Shown here piece by piece: positions 47,947 through 58,394 of a stretch of DNA of 64,000 bases. Under the pieces are notes generated by a model that made no database searches, was not told the origin of the DNA, and saw nothing but the letters and a program-made list of their open reading frames with translations. The translations under genes and the position numbers were made by a program. Location: the IMG/VR virus record IMGVR_UViG_3300036853_000446, positions 248,001 through 312,000 of that record. The stretch is one strand, 5' to 3'. How positions within the stretch are numbered: position 1 is the first letter of the stretch; every line of letters starts with the position of its first letter.

Positions 47947-47953
47947 CGGTGTA
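47947..47953 (+). promoter_or_regulatory. class-2 motif CGGTGTA
   Basis: 10 nt before ATG 47964. Confidence 0.55.
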
Positions 47954-47963
47954 TCCCGAACAG

Positions 47964-48566
47964 ATGAATCGCGCCGAGCTACGAGCCCTCGTCTCCGAGC
48001 TGCAGGAACGGAATCCCGAGGTGCGGGTCGAGCTGCAGCGCCTGCTTACTCCGCGGGGAGCAATGCGAGACGGAAGGTATTTTCAGGTCAACGTCACCCT
48101 GCAAGTCGTGGAGTCCTTCTATATCGACCAGGGAATCATGACTACCGCAAATGTTGTTGGTCAGCAGATGACAGCGGAAATTCAGACGCTCCGCGAGTCA
48201 TGTTCACAAGGAACGCGCGACAGACTGCGCCACGAACGACTCGTGAGAGAAGCCCCAGAGAGCAGCGTCGCCCGTCAACTCCTGCAAGCATCCCCACGGC
48301 TACGGCCATATCTGTGGTCACCAACGCCCGAATCACCACCGCCGTCGCTGCTGCAGACGCCACCACGACCAATGAATCAGGTACCCGTACCCTTCCCCGA
48401 CTCATTCCGCCGGGCTCTTTCGATCCAGGTGCCCACGATGCCGGCGCCGGCAGCACCAAAGATTAAAGTCGGGGAAGCTGTCACTCAACCCCGGCCGTCA
48501 CTGTGGGACCTCCTCGAGTCGGACGACTCTTCTGATGACGGAGCAGCCGCCACGAAAGCCAAATAA
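47964..48566 (+). CDS. Pro-rich hypothetical protein, tandem paralog 1
   Basis: MNRAELRALV...SLWDLLESDD. Confidence 0.7.
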   Translation: MNRAELRALVSELQERNPEVRVELQRLLTPRGAMRDGRYFQVNVTLQVVESFYIDQGIMTTANVVGQQMTAEIQTLRESCSQGTRDRLRHERLVREAPESSVARQLLQASPRLRPYLWSPTPESPPPSLLQTPPRPMNQVPVPFPDSFRRALSIQVPTMPAPAAPKIKVGEAVTQPRPSLWDLLESDDSSDDGAAATKAK

Positions 48567-48578
48567 GCCGCAGCGCTC

Positions 48579-48585
48579 CGGTGTA
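48579..48585 (+). promoter_or_regulatory. class-2 motif CGGTGTA
   Basis: 10 nt before ATG 48596. Confidence 0.55.
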
Positions 48586-48595
48586 ATGCCAGGTG

Positions 48596-49054
48596 ATGAC
48601 GCGCGCTGAACTGAAAGCAATTATTGCCGACCTGCAGGCGGCGCACCCAGACGTCAAAATCGAACTCAACCGGAGGCTGAGCACACGAGGGGGTCTCTAC
48701 GACACGCCAGGGTTTCGCGTCAGCATCAAGCTTCCCGTCGTTCACGACGTCTACTTCGCGACGGAGGACGCTTGGGATGTCGCTAGCGTCGTTGAACGCA
48801 TCGAGGAAGAGATGACCACCCTCATTGAGCTAACCTCCGAACGTGGAATCCTACGCACAAGGGCAGCACGCATGATGCAGGAATCCGCGCGAGCCGCAGC
48901 CGCCGAACGGCTCCTTACCCCTCCAATTCCTCCTCCAATTCCTCAACCGAGACTCGATCCGCCACCGGTGGCGATTCCGCGAGCCGCCGTCTCGTCTGCC
49001 TCTCCGCCCGGGTCGTCATTATGGGAACGCCTCGAGTCCTCCGACGAGGATTGA
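48596..49054 (+). CDS. Pro-rich hypothetical protein, tandem paralog 2
   Basis: MTRAELKAII...SLWERLESSDED. Confidence 0.7.
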   Translation: MTRAELKAIIADLQAAHPDVKIELNRRLSTRGGLYDTPGFRVSIKLPVVHDVYFATEDAWDVASVVERIEEEMTTLIELTSERGILRTRAARMMQESARAAAAERLLTPPIPPPIPQPRLDPPPVAIPRAAVSSASPPGSSLWERLESSDED

Positions 49055-49340
49055 TTCAACTCACCCAAAAAACACCCGCCCCTCGGCCCCAGCGCCGGTG
49101 ACGAGCCCTCTCGCGCCCCGCACCCTGTGTTCCGCGAGCCGGTCGCCCTCATCTTTGATTCCTTCCAACAAAAGGACGAGTCAAAGATCAAACCCAACCG
49201 GTTAAATCCTTGGGTTTTTGGAGTTTCGAAAGGTGCGCCATGACTTATCCCAAGTTCTCAATCGTTAGGGAACCGAATGGACGTTCAGCATCCTTTTCGG
49301 AGTCTCCGGTGTACTACCGAATCACGAAGGGGGTCATCCG

Positions 49341-51872
49341 ATGCTCAGAGAGTCAGGGGCAGCTCGCGCGAGGGACTGTGCACCCTCAAGTGCCGTCCAC
49401 CGCACCGCTAAAACAGAGCCCGTTGTCATTCAGTGCTTTGAGGCACCGTGCGGGACACGACCACATAACCTGCCGAAACGAAAAGGAAAGGATAAAGCGT
49501 ACGTCCCGAACAGGTCGCAGCGTGCCAGCTACACAGCCCTGGATGGTCAACTCCTTTGTATACTTACCAAGCCAACGGGTAGCGGAAAAACCATTGACAT
49601 CCTAACACTTGCACTGAGCGACCTCGCAAAGCCCGACGGACGAAAACAGGTCGTCATCTACTCGATGACGGACATCGGTCCTGGCTTCGGTGGCCCAGGA
49701 AGGCAGGAGGGCCCCATCACGATCGACGTTCCGGGGCATGGGCTCATGACCTGGACCCCGATTTGTGCCTCTGAACAGACCGTCGAAACGATCATCAACT
49801 TCTTGCGACGGCGCCCCGCCAAGGATCGCAGTCAGCGCATGCTCATCTGCACCCACCTTGCTCTGGTGCTGGCTCACGAGGAAATGCTGCGACGTGGTTA
49901 TAAGCGCCCCTTCAAAAAAACCTCACTCTACATAGACGAGTGCCACCACATCTGCTGGGACATGTCGAGTGGCACAGCCGTCACGAACGGCCTCGGTAAG
50001 ATCGTTTCCCATTACTACGAGTGCCGGCCCGGCAAGCTCGTGCTTGCCACTGCCACGTTCATGCGCCCTGACGGGCAGGTCATCCCGCCCGAGTATCGCG
50101 ACAAATTCGCCGCCTACGAGCTTCCGATGCATGAGCACCTTGCATCGATGCCGCACCTGAAGGGGATACGCTTCCACTTCGTGATGGCGTCCGCTGTCGA
50201 GGCTGTTGAGACGATCATCGGGGGAGACCCTCATCGCCCGACGCTAATGTGGTTGCCAAACAACGTGATCGGCAGCGCCAAGGCGCCTTATGTCAAGCGC
50301 TTGGTCGACGCTACACCTGACTGTATTCGCGACCGAATTTACGACTTCACGGATGACGAGCAGGTGTCCGAGATTCGAGAGCGCTTTCACCGGCTCAAAC
50401 TGGACCCTGTCGAGTACCCGTGCCTTGGGATTGCCCTGCGTCGGTTGCTCGAGGGAGTTGACTCACCTATGGCGAGCCGCGGGATCATCCTCGGGCTTCG
50501 CGGTATCCGGGACATCATCCAGATGGTCGGGCGCTTTATCCGCGACTTAGAAGGCAAGCCGTATGCTGATATCTACATCGTCGTCGACCCTCCCTCCGAA
50601 GACGAAGCAGACGTTGTCGAGCACCTCGAGGACAATCTCTCCGCCATCTTCATTGCGATGATCGCGGGGTGGCAGTACGGCCCGGCCCGCAAGCCCCGGA
50701 ACAAGGCGGAGCGGGATCTCGCCGAGAAGGTGGGTAAGATTCTCAGCAACCCGGAAGCAACCACCGTAGTGCTAAACGCAATCGCGAGCGCGGTCGCCCG
50801 TCACGCTGACGGTGAGCCGGAGCAACTCAGCGCCGGCATGCACGAATCCATGCGTCGACTGGCAGAAGAGCGACCGGACCTCGCGGACATGAAGGACCCT
50901 GCGGTTCGGTCACGACTCGTCGAGGACGTCGACGAAAGAATGGCAGGACCTGCTGCCGAAGCCGAGAAGAAGCTGAAATACAAGATCCCGGGGCTCAAGG
51001 GAGCGCGAGATCTGACTGGGCTCAAGTTGACGGCTGAGCAAGGTCTTGCTCGCAACATCACGGTCCTCGGCTTCACGTGCGGCGCGCGCAGCATGAAGAT
51101 GATGAGGGAGAGTTTAGCGTCGGATACAATTGAACTCGTATACGAAGATGTGCGAGAAGCCGCCCTCCGATGGTGGGAAGCAACCGGTAAGTTCCCCCAC
51201 GCGGGAATGGTGGGCGTAGTGGTTGATATCGGAGGCCGTCAGCATTGCTGGCGTCAGGTCAACGGCTGGCTGAGCCGGCACTGCAGCTCGTCCTTGGGCA
51301 AACTCAGAATCGAGTGCACGGGCAACCTCGGCAGGGGTCTGATTCCGTATGATCTAGTCGCAGAGGAGGCATCTGAATACCGGGCCCGGACCGGTGAGTG
51401 GCCTCGAATTAAATCGGGACCCCTCGCTCGATTGCGTACTACGTGGGAGACACTATACCAAAAGTTCATTCGGGAAGGCACTAGCCTGGAAGACTTTTTG
51501 GAATCCAGGTTCGGGCCCTTGCGACTGAGACACTTCGACACCTATGACGAATGGCGAAAACACGCACTGGATGCAAACGTCGGTTGTCATACGGACTATC
51601 AGAGAGCGCGCGGTGAGTCTCGCATTGACAGCCGATTCCCCTCAAATCCGCGAGATTATTACGGTGCCGGGTGGAAGGGGTGGCCAAAAGACCGCAAGGT
51701 CTCACGTGGTGAAAGCCATGGATGCGCAAAGTTGTCCGATGCATCGATCAAGCGAATGCGAAGGCGATTTAAGCAGCGTTTCACAAAGCGCGCCGTCGCC
51801 GAAGAGTTTGGTGTCTCCATCTCAACCGTCAAGCTCATCAAGTCTGGGCGCATTTGGGCACACGTGAAGTGA
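49341..51872 (+). CDS. SF2 helicase with C-terminal DNA-binding modules
   Basis: KPTGSGKT, IDECHH, ATAT, LLEGVD, IQMVGRFIR; CGGTGTA at 49307-49313. Confidence 0.85.
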   Translation: MLRESGAARARDCAPSSAVHRTAKTEPVVIQCFEAPCGTRPHNLPKRKGKDKAYVPNRSQRASYTALDGQLLCILTKPTGSGKTIDILTLALSDLAKPDGRKQVVIYSMTDIGPGFGGPGRQEGPITIDVPGHGLMTWTPICASEQTVETIINFLRRRPAKDRSQRMLICTHLALVLAHEEMLRRGYKRPFKKTSLYIDECHHICWDMSSGTAVTNGLGKIVSHYYECRPGKLVLATATFMRPDGQVIPPEYRDKFAAYELPMHEHLASMPHLKGIRFHFVMASAVEAVETIIGGDPHRPTLMWLPNNVIGSAKAPYVKRLVDATPDCIRDRIYDFTDDEQVSEIRERFHRLKLDPVEYPCLGIALRRLLEGVDSPMASRGIILGLRGIRDIIQMVGRFIRDLEGKPYADIYIVVDPPSEDEADVVEHLEDNLSAIFIAMIAGWQYGPARKPRNKAERDLAEKVGKILSNPEATTVVLNAIASAVARHADGEPEQLSAGMHESMRRLAEERPDLADMKDPAVRSRLVEDVDERMAGPAAEAEKKLKYKIPGLKGARDLTGLKLTAEQGLARNITVLGFTCGARSMKMMRESLASDTIELVYEDVREAALRWWEATGKFPHAGMVGVVVDIGGRQHCWRQVNGWLSRHCSSSLGKLRIECTGNLGRGLIPYDLVAEEASEYRARTGEWPRIKSGPLARLRTTWETLYQKFIREGTSLEDFLESRFGPLRLRHFDTYDEWRKHALDANVGCHTDYQRARGESRIDSRFPSNPRDYYGAGWKGWPKDRKVSRGESHGCAKLSDASIKRMRRRFKQRFTKRAVAEEFGVSISTVKLIKSGRIWAHVK

Positions 51873-52297
51873 GACAACGCCAGGCGAAGTCCAATGGAAC
51901 GAGCGTTCCCACTCGCGTCCTGACCTGGTACCTCGCCACGAGCGCGAAAGGTGGCACCGTCGACGACTGCTCTCGCTCTCTGGGGCTCGCGAATCAGTCG
52001 GTGTCGGGGGCGGTGACACGGCTCACGAACGCCGGCAAGCTGTCAAAGACCGACCTCACGCGCAGCACTCGACTGAAGCGCCCGGCAGCCGTCTACGTCC
52101 ACAGCAAATTCGCAAAGGGCCCGTCCAATGCGAACAAGGCCGAAGCTTCCCGAGCTGAAGCCGCTCGGGAAGCAAGAGTCCTCCAACTCTTCCGGCAGTA
52201 TGTGGAGGCTCGGAAGAAGGCAGGGAAGGACGAGCGGGCGATCCAGCGGGCGCTCATGCGGTTAATGAAAGGGCTGGCGGTCGAGGCGGAGCGTTAA
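51869..52297 (+). CDS. winged-HTH protein (same pattern as 46750-47292)
   Basis: GTVDDCSRSLGLANQSVSGAVTRLTNAGKL...TRSTR...AAVY. Confidence 0.7.
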   Translation: MRQRQAKSNGTSVPTRVLTWYLATSAKGGTVDDCSRSLGLANQSVSGAVTRLTNAGKLSKTDLTRSTRLKRPAAVYVHSKFAKGPSNANKAEASRAEAAREARVLQLFRQYVEARKKAGKDERAIQRALMRLMKGLAVEAER

Positions 52298-52363
52298 ATG
52301 GACTGCTGCACCGGTCGTATGCACCACTGGTCCGCAGCCAGTGCTGCGCATGTGAAGGGAAAC

Positions 52364-52579
52364 ATGCACCACGTCACGATTGCTCAGCTAGAGACACAAA
52401 TTGACCTGGACTACGACTTCGATTCCATGGGTCGAATTCTACCGATGACAAAGCGAGTTGTCGGGCGTCGAGGGAGTGTCACCTTGTTATCTGACAGAGG
52501 GGAAAGCCTGACGCTGAAGGTCGACCATGAGGATGTGGCCAGAATCCGAGCCCTCATCAGGCGCCGTATATTTGCCTAG
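52364..52579 (+). CDS. hypothetical protein
   Basis: RBS AAGGG. Confidence 0.45.
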   Translation: MHHVTIAQLETQIDLDYDFDSMGRILPMTKRVVGRRGSVTLLSDRGESLTLKVDHEDVARIRALIRRRIFA

Positions 52580-52796
52580 CGATGAATACAGGCATCCTCG
52601 CGCGGTGAGCTGGTTCAGCGGCTCGGTATCGGGGCTCCAGACCTGGTCTGAGACTCGAGCTATTCCGCCAAATGCGCTGGATCTCGACACCCTGGGCTGA
52701 TATCGCCGAAGCAATCCGAGCCTGGCGCAAGAACGCGGGCTGATGCGGCGCCAATGTAAGGCGCTGCATGAGACTTCTGGCTCTGCAGTCCGCGCG

Positions 52797-53381
52797 TCAG
52801 CTATTCCCAGACAAGGCCGCCTGGCGCCCCCGTCTTGTCTCGAGCAACCTGTCCACAGCCTTCATGACCCCGCAGCGCTCCTGGTTCCCAAAGCCCTCAA
52901 GATGTCTCTTCAATCCGAGCGGGAACGCAAAGCCATGATCGCCTTTAACCGGAATCGAAAGTCCACTGATGAGGAACTTCCCCCCTGGAAGGGGGCCAGC
53001 GGGGATGTTCTGGTAGCGCTGAGAGGGCCCTTGCCGACACAGCGGACAGAGTGCACGCGGGGGGTCATTGGTCAGATGGGCAAAGTTGTGCGGCGGTAGC
53101 TCGACGGCAGCATCCATGACGGTGTCCACGACCAAGGCTATGTCGACTTCTTCGAACACGAACCGCTCAAGCAGCTCTTCCAGAGGTTTTGGCTGCATCC
53201 TGATGATGAGCCAATACGTCTCTTTAGATTCCCGCTCCAGCATGTAGATCTGGCCCTGCAGCTTCCGAATCGTCTCTTCGGCTGGGTCGATTGGCATCGC
53301 GGTGGACGCCATGGTACGAGGTTTTCGCTTCACCTGCGGCACCTTGGTTTGCTTTGGCGTTGGGTCTTTTTTGGATGCCAT
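52797..53381 (-). CDS. hypothetical protein with CxxC...H...C
   Basis: RALCPLC...GFAFPLGLKRHLEG...C. Confidence 0.6.
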   Translation of the reverse strand: MASKKDPTPKQTKVPQVKRKPRTMASTAMPIDPAEETIRKLQGQIYMLERESKETYWLIIRMQPKPLEELLERFVFEEVDIALVVDTVMDAAVELPPHNFAHLTNDPPRALCPLCRQGPSQRYQNIPAGPLPGGKFLISGLSIPVKGDHGFAFPLGLKRHLEGFGNQERCGVMKAVDRLLETRRGRQAALSGNS

Positions 53382-53432
53382 TGGGTTCTCAGTTGAGTGC
53401 GAGCCGGTCACTTGACCACCCGCAGGGGACGT

Positions 53433-54314
53433 TCAGCGCCGCCTTGCTGCGGAGATGTCCGTCACGTTCGGGGGGAGGCGCGGCCCGCCCTGCCCTTGCA
53501 GGGCCCTTGCGACGGCTTCCACCTCGCTCCACTTCTCATTCGCGACCGCTCTCTGCAGGTCAGCAACGAGCGAAGCCTCGTCCTTTCCTTTAGGCATGGT
53601 GGCCTTGGCGAGATGAGCTTGTCTCCTCTTCGCGTCGTGTTTGATCGGCGGGTTCTCGAGCAGCGGCGAGCGGAACATGTAGCCCTTCTTGCCGATGCGC
53701 TCGAATCCGAGCTTGCGGTAGTACCGCTGGAGCTTTTGCAGCGCAGCTTTCTCGCTAACCTCGTCGAACATCCCGTACAGCTCGCGCATACGTGGGGCTG
53801 CCTCGGAGTCCTGCTCCACGTACTGCAATGGCCTCGGAAAGAGGACCGCGAGATCGTGAGGCACGGTGTCGAGGATCTGCTGCATCATCTCGAGCCCGAG
53901 ATTAACGCCGCGATGCGCCGGCTCCACATGCAACCGCTTGAACAACAGCATGTCACCCTGGAAAACTTCGAGGCGGTGGAACTTCGAACGGAACTGACAA
54001 CCGTGGTCGAGCATGTAAACCTCCTCCGCCGCTTCATACAGCTCCTGCTCTTCGGCATCGGCTGTCATGATTGGGTCCTCGCGGTATTCCTCCGCGGTTC
54101 GGGCCCGGAGCAATTCGGCGGTCAACTCGCCGACAACGACATGCCGATCGTCCTCCGTAAAGAGGGCCTGTGACGTGGCACGGATGATGAAGTGGCGTGG
54201 CGAATCACCCATGTTGCCGCCAGCCTGAAGCACGCAGCCTTTGAGGTGAATCTCGAGCCAGTAGTCGCGGTCTTTTTCGGGGGCGCTGACGGGGGACGGG
54301 GTTTCTGTCTTCAT
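53433..54314 (-). CDS. GNAT-fold acetyltransferase-like protein
   Basis: LHVEPAHRGVNLG (motif A), RYYRKLGF (motif B). Confidence 0.7.
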   Translation of the reverse strand: MKTETPSPVSAPEKDRDYWLEIHLKGCVLQAGGNMGDSPRHFIIRATSQALFTEDDRHVVVGELTAELLRARTAEEYREDPIMTADAEEQELYEAAEEVYMLDHGCQFRSKFHRLEVFQGDMLLFKRLHVEPAHRGVNLGLEMMQQILDTVPHDLAVLFPRPLQYVEQDSEAAPRMRELYGMFDEVSEKAALQKLQRYYRKLGFERIGKKGYMFRSPLLENPPIKHDAKRRQAHLAKATMPKGKDEASLVADLQRAVANEKWSEVEAVARALQGQGGPRLPPNVTDISAARRR

Positions 54315-54368
54315 TTGGTGGGGTTTCTTTGTCTTGAGCGGCGTCGAGCAATGCTTGCCCATCTCACT

Positions 54369-55895
54369 TCACACAGCCCTGATGCGGCGCTTTTCGAGAG
54401 CCAAAACCTCGGCAGCGCGATCGGCACTCAATTCCTCTTGCAAGGGTGCAACAAGTTCGATCAAACTCCCCGTTCTGCGCTGCTTTATCCGGCCGTGGAT
54501 GATGTGTCCACCGCGATCGATGCAATGGACGCCCGGGATGCCCGTCGGCGTGACCGAGTAGGGATCGCGGTCATCGAAGAAATCGAGCACCGGCAGTTCG
54601 AAATTACACGGCGGCTTGGCGAGTGCTTCCCTCACCAGCACGAGAAACTCACCGACGAATCGGGAGTTATGGACGGCATGGCCGTTGACTCTAACCCAGT
54701 TGGCTTGGCAGACCCAGGCCAACAGCTTCGACCCGCTTGCCTTCACGACGTCGAGCTGGATCCGAGTCTCCTTGCGCCATGCCTTTACGGCAGCGAGTGC
54801 TTCACCCTCGGTGCCGTAAGCCAGGAGGCTGCCGCGCTCCATAATTCCGTACAAGAATTTACTGCTGCGGATTTGAGTCACGTGCACAGGCTGCTTGCCA
54901 CGAGTGAGGCACCAGAGGTGCACATCACGAAGCTTGTCGAATATTTCGTGATGAGGGCCGCGCTCGAGACACCATATTGCCGTTTGAAAATTACGGCTGT
55001 TATGCGGAACGAGCACAACGGTGGAGGTGTCCATTCGGTTTAGCCTCCAGTCCCTGGTGTTGATGTTCCCGATGGTCGCGGCGACATCGCTGATATGGAG
55101 ATAGGACCGATCCAAGTTGTGCAAGATAAGGGGCTCCTTGGTTGAGTCAAATACGTGCTGCACGACCGGAAGCGCTATCTCGCGCGTCTTTACGCCCGAA
55201 CGGTCGAGGAAGACATGGGCGATATGTTCTTGGTCGTGACTCCATTGATCGCGGTTGACCACGACGGCATCAAGCGGAATGACTGTGCTCTTGACTCGAC
55301 CGGCTGCGATAGCGTCGACCAACTTCTCGGCATCCTCAAGAGTCCCTCGGAAGGCCGTGAGCGGGAAAGGCAGAGTGTCGGTTTTCCGGGCGAACCGTCC
55401 GGCTCCGGCGACAATGGGAATGGCTGCGAGGTTCGCTTTCAAGTCAGAAGCGGTCTGCGACCAGAGGAGCCGATGCTCCGTAAACTTATCGCGGTTCGTG
55501 CGCGACTCGACCTGATCGACATAGACTTGAACCTGTCGGGGTTGGCCGAAGACCGCTCGCCCGACAGTCACAGGTAAGGGGCAGGGCCCTCCCCTCGTGT
55601 CGATAACCAAGAGAAGGTCGAGATCGCCTGATCCCGCGGCGCCACGCGCAAACGATCCGAAGACATGCACCTCGATGACTTCAAGGTCCCCCGCATGATA
55701 GATTGGCGGTGGCCATGGCCACTTCATGCGCCAATGGTAGACGCGGCTCGGTTCCGCAATGATGCCTGCCAAGAGAGTTTCTAGTTTGGTCTCCCAGTAG
55801 GCGCGCGGTTTGGGCTGGCGCAAATGCAACGAGCCAAGGACCGCATTCTGTTCTGCTGCTCGAGCCGCTGATCGTTCGTTAATTCGTCTGCCCAT
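54369..55895 (-). CDS. minimal nucleotidyltransferase (Pol-beta superfamily) with long C-terminal extension
   Basis: VHVFGSFARGAAGSGDLDLLLV. Confidence 0.75.
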   Translation of the reverse strand: MGRRINERSAARAAEQNAVLGSLHLRQPKPRAYWETKLETLLAGIIAEPSRVYHWRMKWPWPPPIYHAGDLEVIEVHVFGSFARGAAGSGDLDLLLVIDTRGGPCPLPVTVGRAVFGQPRQVQVYVDQVESRTNRDKFTEHRLLWSQTASDLKANLAAIPIVAGAGRFARKTDTLPFPLTAFRGTLEDAEKLVDAIAAGRVKSTVIPLDAVVVNRDQWSHDQEHIAHVFLDRSGVKTREIALPVVQHVFDSTKEPLILHNLDRSYLHISDVAATIGNINTRDWRLNRMDTSTVVLVPHNSRNFQTAIWCLERGPHHEIFDKLRDVHLWCLTRGKQPVHVTQIRSSKFLYGIMERGSLLAYGTEGEALAAVKAWRKETRIQLDVVKASGSKLLAWVCQANWVRVNGHAVHNSRFVGEFLVLVREALAKPPCNFELPVLDFFDDRDPYSVTPTGIPGVHCIDRGGHIIHGRIKQRRTGSLIELVAPLQEELSADRAAEVLALEKRRIRAV

Positions 55896-55975
55896 GACTC
55901 CTGCGCGGCCTTCTCTTCGAGCTGCCAGACAGAGGCAACTTACTGAAGTTTAGCATGCGCTCCACCGACCGATGC

Positions 55976-56027
55976 TAGGGTTCTGGCAGAGCCACGAAGT
56001 ATAGTCCGCCGATCTGACGAATCGATG
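55976..56027. repeat. imperfect 52-bp direct repeat copy 1
   Basis: TAGGGTTCTGGC...AAGT...GCCGATCTGACGAATCGATG; matches 58395-58446. Confidence 0.8.
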
Positions 56028-56298
56028 TCGCCTCGGATTTAGAACCACGACGTTGATCCGATTCGGCGCACGTCGATGTCGCCGTCAGTTGTGCGGACCC
56101 GGCGCGCTCAGGGCACCCTTCACTCGTGAAGGTATCGAGGCGCAGATGACAGAAGCCCGGCAGGGCATCAGGCGAATGCGTGCACTTCAGAAGGCCGCTG
56201 AGGGCGGGCGTGCCACCGGTGAGTGGCTTTCGCCCACGCCTGAAAACTGACTCGAGCCAGTAGTCGCGGTCGTGATTGGAGGGCGTTGGCCGGCAATG

Positions 56299-57066
56299 TC
56301 ACGGGTCTGCTGTCCATTGGTAGCGGCCCTGATCGTTGCGTTGGATCCAGCCGGACAGGCGTTTCGGCTTCTTGTAAGCAACGATCTGATGGAGCGCCGC
56401 AGCTATTGATGCGGCGTTCTTGTGCTTGATCGCCGTGGCCACCTCCTCGGGAGTCAGCGCCTTCGCAGCGTCGCGCAGTGCTATCGCGATGCGGTCGACG
56501 ATGGCCGGTTTCTTCTCCCGTGGCCCCTCCCCTCGATTTGCAGGCCGCGTCACCAGAGGTTCGTGCTTCCGGTGAATCCGGTTCAGATATTCCTCCTCTT
56601 GCTTCTCGCGCTTCTCCACGTAAACCGCGTTGCGGACAACCTCCTTCAGCAGCTCCCTAGCCTTCGGCACGACCTTCTCGTAGTCGGGGACGAAGATGAG
56701 TTCGGTGCCGTACAAGCCGTGCCAGAAGATCCTCGGGTCCACGCCGAGAGCATCCTGCACCTGGAAAGCCCATCCGTAGAGGAGGATACTCAGCCGTGAG
56801 CCGTGGTACCTCGACTTCCAGATGCCCTCGTCGTTCTCGTCTTCGGGTCCCATGCTTTCGAACCTGAGCCCCGTGTGCGCGAGAGCGTCGATGAGCATTT
56901 CGTGGGTCGGCACGTCTTCTTCGTCGGGAGCCTCGTCCTCGAAGAACAACTCCCACTCGTCATGCACCATCGCCGTGCTGAAGCCATGCCAGGTCTCTGC
57001 AGCGTCGATTTGCGCGAGCGGGTGCGCGTACGCCGTGTACCCGTGGATCTTGTCGTTGACCGGCAT
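56299..57066 (-). CDS. hypothetical protein with C-terminal winged HTH
   Basis: IVDRIAIALRDAAKALTPEEVATAI...SIAAAL...GRYQW. Confidence 0.65.
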   Translation of the reverse strand: MPVNDKIHGYTAYAHPLAQIDAAETWHGFSTAMVHDEWELFFEDEAPDEEDVPTHEMLIDALAHTGLRFESMGPEDENDEGIWKSRYHGSRLSILLYGWAFQVQDALGVDPRIFWHGLYGTELIFVPDYEKVVPKARELLKEVVRNAVYVEKREKQEEEYLNRIHRKHEPLVTRPANRGEGPREKKPAIVDRIAIALRDAAKALTPEEVATAIKHKNAASIAAALHQIVAYKKPKRLSGWIQRNDQGRYQWTADP

Positions 57067-57075
57067 CCTAAACCT

Positions 57076-58206
57076 TCAATGCGGCACGACGCTGTCATCG
57101 TCAAGCTCGTCATCGGCAGCAGCTCCGACGCTACCGTGATCGCTGGCGTATCGAGCGCTCAACTGCTCGAGGTCGAGCTGGGTGGGGGGCATCGCGTAGC
57201 CGATCGTCTTGAGTCGGTTCAAATACTTCTTCAGCGTCTCTTGTTCGATGTCACTTTGCGACGGGCGCGACAAGAGCTGCCACTCGACGGTCGGGGAGTC
57301 ATCGGGAGACGTTCTTCGGGTCGTGTTTGGATTGGCGAGGGCGCACACGCCCGCGACGAGGCGCGCGAAAAGAACCATGATGCCTTCGCTAGCGTCGCCC
57401 TCAGGGATGATCGGTTTCATCAAGTGCTGTCGGCGGACGAGGCCCAGCTGCTCTGTCAGCAGCGATTCACCCTGGAGAAAGCCGCGGTCGCCGGACATCC
57501 CGTACAAGCCCCAGCGCTCGCGGGGGCGCTCTGCCATAAGGCGCTCGACCTTCGCGAAGGCGCTTCGCACATCGCTCGGGACTTCGTCCTTCAGGGACGG
57601 CAGGACCGGCGTTTCGTACCGGTGGAGCATCACCTCGGTGTACTTGACGCCGTCCCATTCGATGTTGAGCCCCTCTGGCAGCCGAATCAGGAATGCATCC
57701 CACGGTGGCACGAGCCCGTCGACGAACTCGGGCGGGTAGCTCGTAAGCATCATCGCGGCGGCCAGCCCAGCATCCAACGAGATCGCCGGACACCTGAACG
57801 ATTGCCAGCGACTCTCCCGGTACAAGGTCTGAATTGTGCTGAGGGTGCGATCGAAGTCTGCCGGCCCCCTCTCGTTGAATATCATGCCGATCGCGCTTTT
57901 GGCGAAGCACGGGGGGAGCAGTTCCCCGAACTGCTTCAGCTTGAGGATGAAGTCGCCCGAATCAGCCGTGACGGGGAGCGCCGTGCCGACGAGAGTTCCC
58001 AGCAGGCGCCACGGAATGTCGTAGTAAGGGCTCTCTGACTCGCGCTGTTGAAGGGCATCCTCCTCGATGGCGCCGAGTAGACGCTCGATCTTCTTTATGT
58101 GGAGGTCCGACGATTCGCGGCTCGCACCAGCTGGCCTTCTCTGCTGCTGGCGAAGCTGTTTTCTCTGCTGCCTGCGGGCAGACTTGATTTTGGACTTGTG
58201 CGACAA
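57076..58206 (-). CDS. hypothetical protein
   Basis: 376-aa ORF, basic N-terminus. Confidence 0.65.
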   Translation of the reverse strand: MSHKSKIKSARRQQRKQLRQQQRRPAGASRESSDLHIKKIERLLGAIEEDALQQRESESPYYDIPWRLLGTLVGTALPVTADSGDFILKLKQFGELLPPCFAKSAIGMIFNERGPADFDRTLSTIQTLYRESRWQSFRCPAISLDAGLAAAMMLTSYPPEFVDGLVPPWDAFLIRLPEGLNIEWDGVKYTEVMLHRYETPVLPSLKDEVPSDVRSAFAKVERLMAERPRERWGLYGMSGDRGFLQGESLLTEQLGLVRRQHLMKPIIPEGDASEGIMVLFARLVAGVCALANPNTTRRTSPDDSPTVEWQLLSRPSQSDIEQETLKKYLNRLKTIGYAMPPTQLDLEQLSARYASDHGSVGAAADDELDDDSVVPH

Positions 58207-58394
58207 TTTGGGGGTTCGCTCTGCTTGGGGTTTCTATTAGACGCGGATGCCTGACAGCTGACCACGGTGACAGCACCGAATCCGCTTTACAGCGTCCGAA
58301 GTGGGAGGCTCCTCTGGAGTACACCGAGACGAGCGAATAATGCATATATATGCCATATTCGCTCCGGGGTCAAGCCGCATTTATCTAAGCGATT

